This document shows positions 49,701-61,836 of a stretch of 64,000 nt of DNA, piece after piece. Origin of the DNA: Mobula hypostoma (Eukaryota); assembly GCF_963921235.1 (NCBI RefSeq), contig NC_086097.1:126048001-126112000 (forward strand), given 5' to 3'. A program made the translations under genes and the position numbers. Each line of letters starts with the position of its first letter. The stretch's first letter is position 1. The notes under the pieces were generated by a model. The model did not search any database. It was not told where the DNA came from and saw only the letters and a program-made list of their open reading frames with translations.

Positions 49701-52700
49701 GTGCTAAGAGTGGTCCCCAACCACCGGGCCGTGAGGAAATGATATGATTTGGTGATATGAAACGATATGAGTCAGCTGCACCTTTCCTCATTCCGTCACG
49801 CACTGTTGAATTTGAACGCACGCAAGGTCATTACGCACGCGTCATCCATGTCAGCGTGGGAAGATCAACTCTTTGAGCTTGCAAATGATGGCGGGCTGAA
49901 AAGCATGTTTGACATAACATCTCTGCCGGCATTCTGGATCAAAGTCAAGGATAAATATCCTGAGATAGCCACGGAAGCACTGAAAACGTTGCTTCCATTT
50001 CCAACATATCTCTGTGAAATGGAGTTTTCTGCAATGAATGCAACGAAAACTAAATTGCGGAATAGACTGGACATAAGGCACCCCCTTCGAGTATCGCTGT
50101 CTCCCATCACGCCTCAATGGCACCGTCTTGTTGAAGGAAAACAAGCCCAGGGCTCCCACTGATTCAGCGATATTGGTGTGTTGCAATGATTTTATATGTT
50201 CATACGAGGAAAATATGCGCTGTGTGTTTAATATCCAAATGTTACTAAAATGTTATGATGCTGTTGACTTATAATTGACTTATCACTATATTCATGCGAG
50301 GAAAATATGCACTGTGTGTTTAATATTAAATTCGTTAGATAAACTCTTTTAGAAACGAAATTGAGTGTATTAGCTACTTATAACTGACTTATAGTTGACT
50401 TATCACCTATATTCCGGTTGTGATTAACACCCCCGCCCCCGGTCAGCAAGAATATTGTCAATATTAAACCAGTCCGCGGTACAAAAAAGGTTGGAGACCC
50501 CTGCTAAGTAGACCTATCAGTTTTCTCTGTGGGCGGGCTTTACAGTCGACCTCAAAAATAATGACAATGTTGCTCGCTGCACTGTTTGCAACAGTGACTT
50601 TTCTATTGCCCATGGTGGGTTAGATTGTAAAAGACAGGTTGAGGTGAGTTTAACAGGTGTCATTGATTCATTAGCGTAGCTAATGTTATTTAAACTAACT
50701 GGCTGGCTGCTATGGCTGCTAAGGAGCTATGCTATTGATGTGCTATGTAATGAGGCCAAACTCCCAGTAGACTTGCTTAAAATTGTAATAAACATGAAAA
50801 TATAAGTACATATTTTAATGTCACAATTTTCTGCATATACCCAACTTGGTTTACAGATTAGAGAAAATCACTAAACAAAGTATTACATACACCGTTGGAG
50901 GTCGACCTGGGGGGGGGGGGGGGGAATATGGGATTGCGGGGGGCGGGGCGCTACCTCCCTGTAATGAGTTTTTGCAGGGTGGGATGCCTGTATTCATGAA
51001 GAAGTGTCTAAATCCACACTGTCTAATGTTTGTGGCATGCAAACTTAACTATTGCTTAATTTAATGCTTTACTTAAATTTATTTCATTTGTATTTTTTAT
51101 AACTTAGTAAAGTATGAATGATGCTTATTAATACTTCGCCCTTTCTCATTCATGCTTTAAGGACTTGTACATTTTAATCATCCTATTCATTCATGGCTTT
51201 CAGTATCTATGCATCAAGTGCTGGCTCTCATTTCTTGTTTTCCTCTAAATGTACAAGTGACTCTGATTCACATTAAACCGCAAATGTTCTTTTTGTTTCC
51301 ATTTAGTTAACGTCAACCTTAATTAATTTAAGTTTCTTTTAAGCAACAGACTCTATTCTTTATCAATAAACACATACCAAAATCAATAATTTGTGAAAGC
51401 TGTTAATTCACTGTGACTTTTGTAGGTATTCATTTGTGTCCTAAGGAAGACAGCAATGAATGATACTGAAAATTACCAGCTCTCAAACCAGAGAACCCAG
51501 AATAGTGAACAGGATATCCAGAATAGTCAAATAACCTGCAAACTCTAGCACAGAATTCCAAGAGACTAGTTCCACATATGTTAATCTTAACACTGAATAG
51601 CCTATCAGCTAATCATTTCTAATGACATTGTAGTCAGTGTATCATTAAAAAAAAAGTTACTAATTTGGCATTTTACAGCGCAAGTCAACATTCAATGTAT
51701 CATATCTATCCCTTTCCAACAGCAATACTACTTTCATTGCCTTGGATTTTGTCTACCTTTAATGAGTGGTTCTGGATTTAATAGTCACTCTTCATCTCAC
51801 TCCCAATATCCAGGTGCACCTGGCCACCCACCCTGCTGCTGGACTCCCTCTCTCTGAGACTAAAGAGCCCAAATTTAAACTAAGGAAAGCTGGCTAGAAA
51901 AAACATGACCCTATTTGGTTTTAGGGGTTAACAAAAATGTGAAAGGGAAAATCTATGCAACCAGTTCACATGTTTTATCTCAATTTCTAGTACTTGAATA
52001 TACTTTTGATTTTTAAAAAATTTCAGTTTATCTTTATTTACTTGCACAGTTTTTCTTTTGCACATTGTTTGTCTGTCTTTGTGTATAGTTTTTCATAAAT
52101 TCTTCTGCATTTCTTCGTTCTTTCTGAATGCCCACAAGAAAATGAATCTCAGGGTAGTATATAGTGACATACCAACTTCGATAACAAATTTACTTTGAAC
52201 TTTTACTCGAGTGCGACTGTTACTGAATAAATAGTTTAAATATTGAAGCAGCTAACAGACCAAAGTGAGAGGTGTTTTTGAAGGACAATGCTTTAGTACA
52301 GAGGGTTAGTTCAGCAGGCTCTCTGCGTCTATAGCATGCTGGTTTAAGTGGGAGGCCAGCAGATGTGCCAAGTTTATGCAACTGGCTGGAACACGATGAT
52401 TCATTTTCCTAAATTCTTGTCCTCTGTCACATATCTATCCATTGATGGAAATAACTCCGTAGGAAATAGAGAACCTTGAACCTTAAGAAGTTCCCTTTAA
52501 AGCACAGCAATTATAACACCCCATTATTTTCTCTATATGAGCTTCATCAGTATCCATAAACTGGCAGCTCCCTTTGAATCTTAATGGTGATTTGCTGCTA
52601 TTGACGGTGTTTCTCTCTGTGGGGGAGGGGGTGAGGAATTCTGGGATCTGCGAGTTTTCTATTCATGTGTACTTCATGGCTATCACTGAAGACAAATATC

Positions 52701-55700
52701 AGTTGTATTGTAAGTGTATACTTTGATAATAAAATTAATTTTTGAAAAAACTATTTGCCCATTAAGATAATCAAAAAGATTCTCAGTTTCTCATGCAACA
52801 TACTCATGAAAGGCTATACTGGCCATGGAGGGTGTGCAATGCAGATTTACCAGAATATTTATATTTCAAAGGTTAAAGTACCAGGAAATATGATATAAAC
52901 AATGGCTGAAGCTTTGAAATTTAGGGGGTTAAGGAATGATAAACCCTGTTCTTAAGCTTTTGAGGGGAACCAACAAGGTCAGAGAGGAACACAGCATAGA
53001 ACTAAGGCTTTGATTCACTCAGTTTGTGCCAATGAGCAAGCACCCATTCACATTAACCCAACACTAATCTAGACTATTTCCTATATGGGTAGCAAATTCA
53101 AAAATCAAGAGGTGCAAAGTGACTTAGGAATCCCAGTGCAGGATCCCCTATATGTTAACTTGCAGGTTAAGCCAGTAGTAAGGAAGGTAAGTGCAATGTG
53201 ATCATTTATTTTGAGAGGACTAGAAGATAAAAGCATGGATGTAATGCTGAGGCTTTATAAGGCCATATTTGGAGTTCTGAGAGCAGTTTTTAGGCCCCTT
53301 ATATAAGAAATAATAGGCTGCGTTGGAGAGAGTCTAAAAGAGGTTTATGAGAATGGCCTGGGCATGACAGGGTTAAGATATCAGGAGCGTTTAATGGCTC
53401 TGGGCCTGTACTATTGGGGTTTAAAAGAATTGGGGGGGGGGTAGAGAAGAATCTTATTGAAACCTAACGAATATTGAAAGGCCTACATAGAGTGGATATT
53501 GAGAGAACGTTTCTTATGGTCTAGTTCTTGCCTAGATTCTATTACTAATTCTCATAATGGAACCAATCCATGTATCTCCCAATCAATCCTTCCAATCCAT
53601 GCATCTTTGAAAAGTTGTAGGAAACCAACAAATGGAGAAAACAGCCTCAGGAAGAGCATGCAAACTGCAGACAGCACCCAAGGTCAGATGAAGCCAGGTG
53701 ACTGGAGCTATGAAGCAGCAACTCTACCAGCCATGCCATTGTGTTAAAATTAAAACCAATAAACGATTACCTCTATTTTTTGTTGTGGGGGAGGAAGAAT
53801 GGCATGAAATGTGCCTTATAACTCCATGATTCAGATTTGATCCCAAGCTTGGTTGCTGTCTATGTGGAGTTTGCACATTGATTGTGGAGGTTTCCACCAT
53901 GTGTTGCAATTTCCTCCCACACCACAAAGGCCTAGGTTAACTGGCTACTGTAAGTTACCTGTTAGTGTAAATAAGCAGCAAATTAATCAAGTAAGCATTT
54001 ATAGGCAAGAGAGATTAAATATATTGCAGGGATGTAGAGAAATAAGCATTATTGGAGTTCACTATTGAGCTGAGATGAACCCAATGGATTAAATAGCCTT
54101 TTTATGTGGAAAAGTTGCCATGGTCTGCTAACTTATCCCATTTCTTTTCGAGATCATTCAAACTCCTGCACTAAATCTGACAAATGTCGGTATAATGTTG
54201 TCTGCAGCTCCTGCCAACCTGCATCCCTGATCTCATTGACCCTCAACATCCTGGAGATGACCTTCAAGATATGTGGAAATAAAACCTCATGTGACATGTA
54301 GCTATAGTCTCATCGCACAAATGCCAATGGTAAACAAAACGTTGCTTAACATTTGTTTTCTGCAAAAGCCTATATATTTTTTTAAAAGTCTTTGAGTTTC
54401 TCGAGTATTAGCATATAGCTTGAAAGCCCCAACATAAAGTTCACAATGGAAAGCTGTAAGTAGTTGAATGCCACATATGACTTAGATGACATTGATCCAC
54501 AAAATCCAGGGTTACCTTCTAAATTCAAGGAAAAACACAGAGGATAAGCTTTTTGCTGCATTTTCAGTACTCCAGTTAAACAATTACTCACACTTACAAA
54601 AATAAATATGGCTAGTTCATTTTTTAAAAAACATATTACAAATTTAAAGCTGAAGGAAATGTGTCTAAGTAATTTGTATTAACTGGCTAGCATTTGATAT
54701 TGTTTGTAAAGTCTGAAACTCAAATCACCAAAGGCGCAGTCAAACAGAAACAGGTTATTAATTTCAAACTTGTAGTACAATTCAACAAGATCTTGGGCAA
54801 TTTATAACCTAACTCTATCCGCCTGTTCATTAATCCAGCAATTAAAATCAGATTTAAAATTAAGTTGGTATATACAACTTCAAGAGATTATCCCATATTT
54901 CCATCACTGTTCATGTGAACAAATGTTTTCTGACTACTCTGCTCAATAGCTTAAATTTGGTTTTAACTTTGGCTTCCCATAAATGGACAATTCTTTCTAT
55001 CTTACCTAACAATTGCTTCAAAATCTCAAGAACCTTAGTCAAATGATTACACAGATCATAATAATCCAAAAGATACAAGTTTCATTTTTACAAACAGTCG
55101 TCAGTTGAACCTCATCGGTACGATATTCTGATTAGCCTGCATTACTTGTCAAGGCCAATTTAGTTTCAGAAGTGTAGTGCGAGATCTGTGCACAGAATTT
55201 CATGTTCAAAGTAAGATTATCGAATAGATATACTACCGAGATCCATTTTGCTGCAGGCATTCACAGTAGAAGAAATACAATAGAATCAATTAAAAACTAC
55301 ACACACTTTTCATTCAGCCAACACCAGTGGTGCTGTCAGCAAACTGAAATATTGCATTGGAGCTATTAAATATGACATATGGCATGTAACATCCAACCAG
55401 AGCTTTGTGGTTACAACAAAACTAACAACTTTCCAGTCATAAGATGAATGTTCCATTAGCCTTGTGATTTTGAAAAATGTATCGATTTACCACATCATGA
55501 TCTGTTGTAGCTTTTCATCATAAAATGCACAGGTCTATTTTGACACAAAAATGAGTTAACTTGCTGTGAAATCCATCACCCACAGATCACTCCAATCTCT
55601 CCATGTTTTCATGCTGCCTCTATTGCTACTTGTTACATTCCCTTTGTCTGTGCCATCACTAGATTTGGATACAAGGTGCTTCAGGACTGCGCTAGGCAAG

Positions 55701-57703
55701 TAAATAAAAACACAACTGATAGTCAAAGCTCAGATCTCACCGATCACTTATCACTATAACCCAGAGTCACCCAGATAGGACCTTGTTATTCAGCCTCAGG
55801 ATGATTTGGCCAGTAATATTTTCTTTCTGAACATGGACATGGTAAATTGTAAAGGCAGTGAACAATGTTCAACAAAATCAGGCCGATGAAACCACATTCA
55901 TAACATTCCAATCCCAATTAAAAGGGGATTAGATGATTATGGTGAATACATGTTCAATTTTGTCACCTACATCCTTTTCACTGATATACTTATGTTTACC
56001 TTATTCAATTCCTTTTAATATACCTTCCTTTACTATGAAGATTGACATTGAGAAATCAAGAGGCCTGCTATTTCAGTTTTTTGATTTTCACTATTACTGT
56101 GTCATTCATACCACTCTCGATACCCTTGACATCTGTAGCAAATTTCTTCTTGTGCTTAGTTTTTGCATTTCTTGAAAATATGGCCTTCTATAGCCGTCCT
56201 GGATTTACACTATTCTTTGTCTTTTTAAATGGTGCATCATCTCTGTTGACATTAAATAGATCTTTTACCTTTAGAAGTTATAGTCTGGTTCCATACCAAG
56301 ATTTTTAAAAATCTCCCATTGTTCATCTGCATTTTTATCTCATAACAACACTAACTGGCTTGCTATCATCAATGGCTGTCACCTGGCAAATGAAACATCA
56401 AAACCTAGAAACTTAAGTATCCCCTTTTCAAGCTGAAACAAATTTAATCATGGCCACACAAGTGAGCATTGTTTCAAGCCACCTTGATCATAGTTTGCTA
56501 CACATTATAAGTATTCACCTGAAATAATTGATCGTACTTTTATCATATGGCTTGAATGTTGTAGGTGCCACCCCATGAGAGATAATATAAAATTTACAAT
56601 CTGTAACAGTCAAATGATCTGCCCAGCTTAAAACATTAAACCATTATGCCTTTCAGACTACTTCATTTAATCTTGGTAATATACTGTATCTTTCTATTCA
56701 ATTCTCATTTATGTACTTACCAATTTCCCTTAAATGTACCCTTGCCCTTCACTTTAAATTCCACACTTAAAATACACTCCTATAGAAAGGCTGATCAGTT
56801 CTAATTTTAACTATACTACTTTCGTCAATAAATACATTCAAACCAGAAGTTTGGAAGCTGTCTATACTCAGTCACTCACAGATTAGATTCAGAATTATTA
56901 CATGTACATCAAAACATACAGTGAAATGTATCACTTGCATTTACAATCGACACACCCAAGGATGTACTGGGGGACAGCTCAGAGCTACTATATACTCTCT
57001 ACATAATACAACACAGCACTGCATAACATTGGCAGTACATCGAAAAAAATTACTTTTGCATTACACTCACAACGGACTTACACAAATGTGGAAATTACAG
57101 AGACAAGACAAACTTTCCGCTACATACAAAAAAAATGTTCGCAATCTTACCTACATTGTGCTTGATAATTATATAGAACCTTTAAAGATGCAAACATTAC
57201 ATCCGTTAGAGTAAAAGTGCTCTTTAGGAATAATGTGGTAAAGACTCTCCACTGACATAGATATGTGTGTGATACAACGGAGCAAGGAACAGGTTTTTCA
57301 AACCAGTAAATTGATTTGCATCATCACACCTCAGTAATTAGAGGCTACAGGTTTACACTAATGGGGAAATTACAGAGATGAGGCAAGCTTTTCTGTAAAA
57401 AAGACTGATCAAAAATACACTTGTGAAGAGGTAGTGGGAACATAGATATTACTGTATAAGGGGACTGAATAGATATTCAAAGAGCAACCTTTGCGGCAAT
57501 GTGAAGCAAGGAGCAGGACTGTGAGACCACAGGCTAGTTCTACTCTTCTGCACATTACCAATCCATATATATTAACTGCATTACAATATTCTTACCTCAA
57601 GCATGTGATCACGAATATGGTTGTCAATCACATCATTAAGTGTGGTTTTTTCTTCCAGAAGGTCAAAGGGGTAGCTTTCTTCAAGTTCAACAAATCCTTT
57701 CAT
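22599..57703 (-). CDS. AZIN1: Antizyme inhibitor 1 (ODC-family, PLP fold type III), complete spliced CDS, 10 coding exons, 458 aa
   Basis: Exon lengths 108+177+173+135+82+81+166+113+212+130 = 1377 nt. All introns are GT-AG, the phases are consistent and there is no internal stop. AZIN-type substitutions relative to ODC: GFACA (not GFDCA), FHVSS (not FHVGS), EPGSYY (not EPGRYY). Also supported by the MKGF N-terminus, the uCC and the position next to KLF10. Confidence 0.95.
23567..23778 (-). CDS. AZIN1: AZIN1 exon 11
   Basis: [70 protein letters not shown](W); catcag| and |gtgagt; 212 nt. Confidence 0.95.
24050..24422 (+). mobile_element. CR1 3' fragment in AZIN1 intron 10
   Basis: ctgggcctgtactcgttgaagttttagaagaatgaggggg...; same family as 53100-53500. 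Confidence 0.75.
24763..24875 (-). CDS. AZIN1: AZIN1 exon 10
   Basis: (V)[37 protein letters not shown]; ctttctgtcttag| and |gtgggt; 113 nt. Confidence 0.93.
25797..25961 (+). repeat. 73-bp tandem duplication (~2.2 units) within a Penelope fragment
   Basis: cctataacctcccagctt starts at 25798, 25871 and 25944. Confidence 0.9.
26341..26506 (-). CDS. AZIN1: AZIN1 exon 9
   Basis: [55 protein letters not shown]; ttctag| and |gtaatc; 166 nt. Confidence 0.94.
27073..27707 (-). mobile_element. Tigger/pogo-like non-autonomous element
   Basis: TIRs CAGGCAGTCCCCGGGTTATGAAC / GTTCATAACTTGGGGACTGCCTG with TA on both sides; minus-strand HTH remnant [27 protein letters not shown]. Confidence 0.88.
27763..27843 (-). 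CDS. AZIN1: AZIN1 exon 8
   Basis: [27 protein letters not shown] (LDIGGGF phosphate loop); ttatag| and |gtgtga; 81 nt. Confidence 0.94.
28282..32712 (+). mobile_element. Near full-length decayed CR1-clade LINE in AZIN1 intron 7, carrying nested inserts
   Basis: ORF1 remnants (ECSFCRMWE ~28620; SGNH-esterase-like [11 protein letters not shown] ~29190), endonuclease remnants (YDIVAISET ~29720, VGDFNFP ~30050), RT remnants (PQGSV, FADDAK ~31850-31950; [13 protein letters not shown]), tail ttctatgattcta. Confidence 0.88.
30636..30932 (+). mobile_element. tRNA-derived SINE nested in the long CR1
   Basis: A-box-like cggccaagtgg and B-box-like gagcttgagccc, followed by gtgtccttgagcaaggcacttaacc; T-rich end; CpGs still retained. 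Confidence 0.75.
32800..32881 (-). CDS. AZIN1: AZIN1 exon 7
   Basis: [27 protein letters not shown]; caacag| and |gtaagt; 82 nt. Confidence 0.94.
34983..35760 (-). mobile_element. CR1 3' fragment in AZIN1 intron 6
   Basis: Tail and RT C-terminal remnants ([11 protein letters not shown] on the minus strand); interrupted by a (TA)n/(TATAG)n stretch at ~35173-35200. Confidence 0.75.
36363..36497 (-). CDS. AZIN1: AZIN1 exon 6
   Basis: [44 protein letters not shown](R); cttctcttag| and |gtgagc; 135 nt. Confidence 0.94.
38628..38800 (-). CDS. AZIN1: AZIN1 exon 5
   Basis: [57 protein letters not shown](K); cag| and |gtaagt; 173 nt. Confidence 0.95.
38916..39092 (-). CDS. AZIN1: AZIN1 exon 4
   Basis: [59 protein letters not shown]; tag| acceptor and |gtgact donor; 177 nt. 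Confidence 0.93.
40530..40808 (-). mobile_element. V-SINE (HE1-like tRNA SINE); related copies at ~895-1210, 20890-21040, 24455-24670 and 53590-54000
   Basis: The minus strand begins ggcacggtagcgtagtggttagc (A box) ... gttcaatc (B box) and contains the V-domain-like ttctccccgtgac...ggtttcctcccacagtccaaagacg. Confidence 0.75.
41843..46357 (+). mobile_element. 5'-truncated L1-clade LINE (no ORF1, full-length but disrupted ORF2) in AZIN1 intron 3
   Basis: ORF2 runs 42227-45998: APE endonuclease ([26 protein letters not shown]), RT ([20 protein letters not shown]) and CDRC...HMFWSC knuckle. Stops at 42284, 42431 and 42599; frameshift at ~44645. AATAAA at 46335-46340. 18-bp TSD aacattaacaaccctttt at 41825-41842 and 46358-46375. 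Confidence 0.95.
47487..48934 (+). mobile_element. Tc1-family DNA transposon with decayed transposase
   Basis: TIRs tagtaccatgaaaaagtattt / tgaatacttttacaaggcactg, flanked by TA and CA (decayed TA). Transposase from ATG 47812 ([14 protein letters not shown]...), with WSD, QDNYPKH and WPCQSPDLN motifs, frameshifted. Confidence 0.9.
49555..50990 (+). mobile_element. Non-autonomous hAT-like element with BED-finger remnant and 6-bp flanking repeat
   Basis: TIRs cagccatcccacc / ggtgggatgcctg (12/13 match); tattca at 49549-49554 and 50991-50996; [24 protein letters not shown] at ~50572-50643, followed by gtgagt. Confidence 0.75.
49708..50503 (+). mobile_element. Charlie/Buster-type hAT deletion derivative nested in the previous element
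   Basis: Ends gagtggtccccaacc / ggttggagacccctg. ORF 49767-50162 is a hAT C-terminal dimerisation domain ([13 protein letters not shown]...[13 protein letters not shown]...KTKLRNRL...KQAQGSH). Confidence 0.88.
53085..53500 (+). mobile_element. CR1 3' fragment
   Basis: gaggtgcaaagtgacttagga...ctgaggctttataaggc...ctgggcctgtac. Confidence 0.7.
57596..57703 (-). CDS. AZIN1: AZIN1 first coding exon (exon 3; full exon 57596-57800 including 97 nt of 5' UTR)
   Basis: [39 protein letters not shown] at 57703-57701 with A at -3; acceptor ttttacag (57801-57803); donor gtaag. Confidence 0.92.
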
Positions 57704-59048
57704 TTTGGGGTGATCCACAAAGCCAACACTGCTAAACCAAACACCAAGTGAAGGTCCTCACCGAGCCTTCAATATCGGGGTTTTTAAAATATGCAACAAA
57801 CTGTAAAAGTAAACCAAATCTTAGATTACTAAGGATTTTATGCCTTCTCTTAAACAAATGGAAACTGAATCAAGACATATCTAAATATGTAAAAGGTATC
57901 AGCTATCCAGCACATTTCACACTTATTTCCTGTAACATTTGCCCCATTATACGTCAATTGTTCAAAATATGTTTACTATTTAACCATGAGCAGCAACAAT
58001 ATGGGCTATTTCCACCTGTATATTTGTTTAGATTCAAAAAGATATACAGAGTTTATTACATGTTATTCACTGGTATTATTTTCTATGCAATGAATATTCA
58101 TGTTTACACCATGTGCCAGGGTAAAGAATGTGGACAAAACAATACAGTCTCTCAATCAGCATATTTGCAAATATCAAGAGATGAATTCATCAAAAATGTT
58201 ATTGACAGAAACACACATTTTCCTTACTACTTGTAAAAGCAACTGAAAGTGCAGGCAATATTTTTTTTAATGTGACTTTTCGGAGACAGCAAGCAATATT
58301 TTTCATACAGACTAACATTTCAGGTTTGACTGCAGATGGTAAAAATATATTGATGACAAACTTTGGCAGATGTAAATTGTGATTTTGTTAATTAAAAAGC
58401 TTACATTTGTCTATTATGTTTCCCTGGGGAGTTCAACAAATTATTAAGTGCCTTCGGTGATTCACCGAGTGGTTTCTATTTTTAAGGTTCAGCTTTAAAA
58501 ATATTATAGTTGGAAAACAAAATGAAAACACTTTAGACTGGAAATCTGTAATAAAAACAGAAGGCTGGGAATGTACCAGTCAAGCAACATTAGTGGAAAA
58601 GGAGAGCTAATGTTGCACGAATTGAATATGTTAATTTTGCCACACAATTCAAACAACATCACAATGTCCCCATCTTTTTGGTCTTGCTATTTATTTCTCG
58701 CCAACTTTGCCCATTTCAAATATTCTATTTGCAGAACAATGACCTACTCTGCATTTATTGATAGGTGGGGAGAGAACAGAAATCAGAATCATGGACAATG
58801 TCTGTCACAGCAAGTGGCCATTTATTCCACTCTGTCTTAGCTGATAAACAACCACAATCCCACCTTCTATAAGCTAAAAGAAGAAAGCATCCTACACGCC
58901 ATATATTGGCCAGTCCTGCTACCTTATGATAGGACAATTAGATTGGGACTGAAGATTCATCCACTCCTTCATACTACTCAGTATTCACCCATTTATTGTA
59001 TATCCATGTACCTTGTTGAACTTCAGCTATTGTATTAGATACGAGTAA

Positions 59049-59240
59049 AACACAAAAAATGCTGAAGAATTTAGTAAATCAGGCAGCATTTATGGAGGGA
59101 AATAAACAGTCGATGTTCTGGGTTGAGACTCTTCATCAGGACTCATCAAGTCCTGAAGAAATGTCTCAGCCCGAAACATTGACTGTTTATTCCCCTCCAT
59201 AGATGCTGCCTGACCTGCTGAGTTTCTCCAGCATTGTGTT
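59049..59240. repeat. Inverted repeat made of two divergent Penelope ends, 5-nt spacer
   Basis: The reverse complement of 59049-59143 aligns with 59149-59240 (agtcctgatgaagagtctcaaccc... vs agtcctgaagaaatgtctcagccc...). Confidence 0.85.
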
Positions 59241-61836
59241 ACTCAGATTTCCAGCATCTGCATAATCTCTTGCATTTAGCAAATGCATTACCCCATAATT
59301 CCTGGAATTCTCAGTCTTAAATTCCTAATGACATTTTTCTGTCCAACTATCCATTTAGTATCTTCTCTTCCTGAAATCCATAGCTTTCCTTAATGTTAGT
59401 TTTATCATGTCATCTGTACATTTAATTCTAATTCATTCTTAGGTATTACAAAAACCTAGTGCTCAGTACCGAGCCCCGTGAAACCCCACAGATCAGCATT
59501 GCAATCACAAACACCCAGCAACCTTTGCTTCCTGCCACTGAACTTCATTTGGATTTAATTTGCCATTATCCCTTGGATCCAATGGACTTTTACTTTTCTG
59601 ACCAGCCTATTATGTGGGGCCTTGCCAAAGGCTTTGCTAAAGTCCCTATAGTCTAAATCAAAAGCATTGCATTCCTCAAAACAGAAAGCACCTGAAACAC
59701 ACAGCATCTCACACATCAGCTACAGTGTGCAGAGATAACATCTGAGGTGGAAGAACTGCTCTCATTGATCCTCCCTAAAATCTTCACACAAGAGCTGCTG
59801 TAGTGTTCTATGTTCTGTCTTTCTAAGAAATCAGTAATGATTGTCTTTGAATGACTTGTGCATTTCTTATTGAAGGTTTACTCTATCCTATAATTTTTCC
59901 TTTCTTGTGTCTTTAAGCAACAGAATAGTTAGCAGTTGTCCTTTTTTCTGGCACCATAGTAGACAAGGATTGGAAGATTGCAGTTAAGAGGCTCCACAAA
60001 TTTCACCCCAGCAGTTTCCAAAAGTCCCTTAAACCCTTCTCTTAATTTATTGAACCTACCCTATATGTCACACATGCTTCCTCGACTTCAAGACTGGCAT
60101 CATCCCCCACTTCTGTGAAGACAATCAGAATATTAGCAACCTCAGCCACACCATTGATCTCCACACACTATTTATGGTCATGAACATGCCCTGTTTTCAT
60201 AGTCACCTCACTCTTTAGAATTAATTTTGAATTATCTGTTTTTACTTGATATTATTTCTCATACTTTCCTCCTTCCCCTATTAATTTCACTCCTAGGTTT
60301 TCTATTGGTTCCTTGGCTCTTAGTGACCAACACAAGATTTTTTTTGCCTTAACTCACTCTCTGTGCACTTCACCATCTGAAAGGAGTCCAGAGCAGGGGA
60401 CAGGAGGTATTCTTGATTCGACAGTCTCACCTCTACTTCTTTGTGGGAATGTGCTTACACTGCTAGGGGGAAAAATACTAACTACAACATACAAGATATG
60501 TTATACCTACTGGTTCAACTGTGCAAAAGGTTCAACTCATCAAATTCCACAATCCTGTTCACTTCAAATTTTAAGGCACTTTATCACCAAAAATATAGAT
60601 TATTTAGAATATGGACCTGTCCTGATGAAGCATCTCAGTCCAAAACATCGATTGTTTTCCCCTTCCATAGATGCTGCCTGACCTGCTGAGATCATCCAGT
60701 GTTGTGATGTGCTCTGAATTTCTAGGATCTGCAGAATTTCTTTTGTTATATACTTCATTTAGCCTAGTTTTTTTTCCAAATTTATCCATAGCCTTGCTAA
60801 GTGCCATTACCGGAATCTCTGTAGCTCCCACGTTGTCCATTCATACTTCAAAACCATGACTAACCAGTTTCCCCCCATTTGCCAAGCCACTTATGAATGC
60901 TCCACCCAGCTTCTTCCATAAGGACTGAATGTGCTGGTTCTAAAAGTTCCAACATTATCTTGCACTGCCACATTTATCCCCTAATGTCAAATACAGGGTC
61001 TACTGCACACTTCTCATCTTAATACAACATTGTCAGGCATTTCCTTCTATTGTGATGTGCAGAATGAGAATTTGATATTTTGTGTATTGTAAAAAAAAGT
61101 TTAAAACTTCTCACCCTTGCTGCTGAGTGTGGCTGTGCACTAATGGAATGTGACAAGATGTAAATTTACACTTTTAAGTACATATGCACTCTTGCTTGTT
61201 CAGTTTTTGTTTTGAACTGATAAGTTGTTAAAACAAGACAAGGACAATGCAACATCTAGACCACAACTGCTTACTTTCAAAAACTGTCTTCATAGTAACT
61301 TAGTTCTCTATTAATGTGGCAATTTTGAGTACCATCCTAGCCTTGACTGATATTCAAATTTGACTTATGTTACAAAGAATATTCCCCACTTAAAACATTA
61401 CCTTGTCACAGCACACTCTCTCTCGCAGGCACCATCACTGAGCAACTTACAGTGAGGATTTGACTCTTGCTTCAAAGATCAATTGGAAATGATTTGGCAA
61501 TAACAAGAAACTCACAACACAAACTGAATTATGAAATACAAGGCCAACTTAATTCAACAAAACCTTAGTGGCTTTTAATTTGACAGAGTGTTCTACAAAA
61601 TACAATATTAGGACTGTTCAGCAGACAGAGTATTAACTTATTACAACATTGCCACTTGCATGGCGGATTTGCAGTTCACAAAGTTCCACAACAACTCCTG
61701 ACGTTATTTACTTCTGATTTATTAAGCAAGACAACCTTTTCTAGTATATCAATATGGTCAATGCAAAAATAAGTCATTTTTATTCAACTCTAACAAGACT
61801 TACATGGACAAGTTGGGAGATGGAATACCACCACTA

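Noticed and set aside
49767..50162. Domesticated ZBED/SCAND-like gene
   Set aside because: Only the transposase C-terminus is present, inside TIRs; it is a deletion derivative.
22599..57703. Calling the gene ODC1 or AZIN2
   Set aside because: It lacks the ODC residues Asp88, Arg154 and Arg277, starts MKGF, has the AZIN1-type uCC and C-terminus, and neighbours KLF10.
57491..58236. Plus-strand 86 aa and 162 aa ORFs antisense to AZIN1 exon 3 (likewise 38883-39257 opposite exon 4)
   Set aside because: They start at TTG or GTG, show no homology I recognise, and are partly shadows of the real exons.
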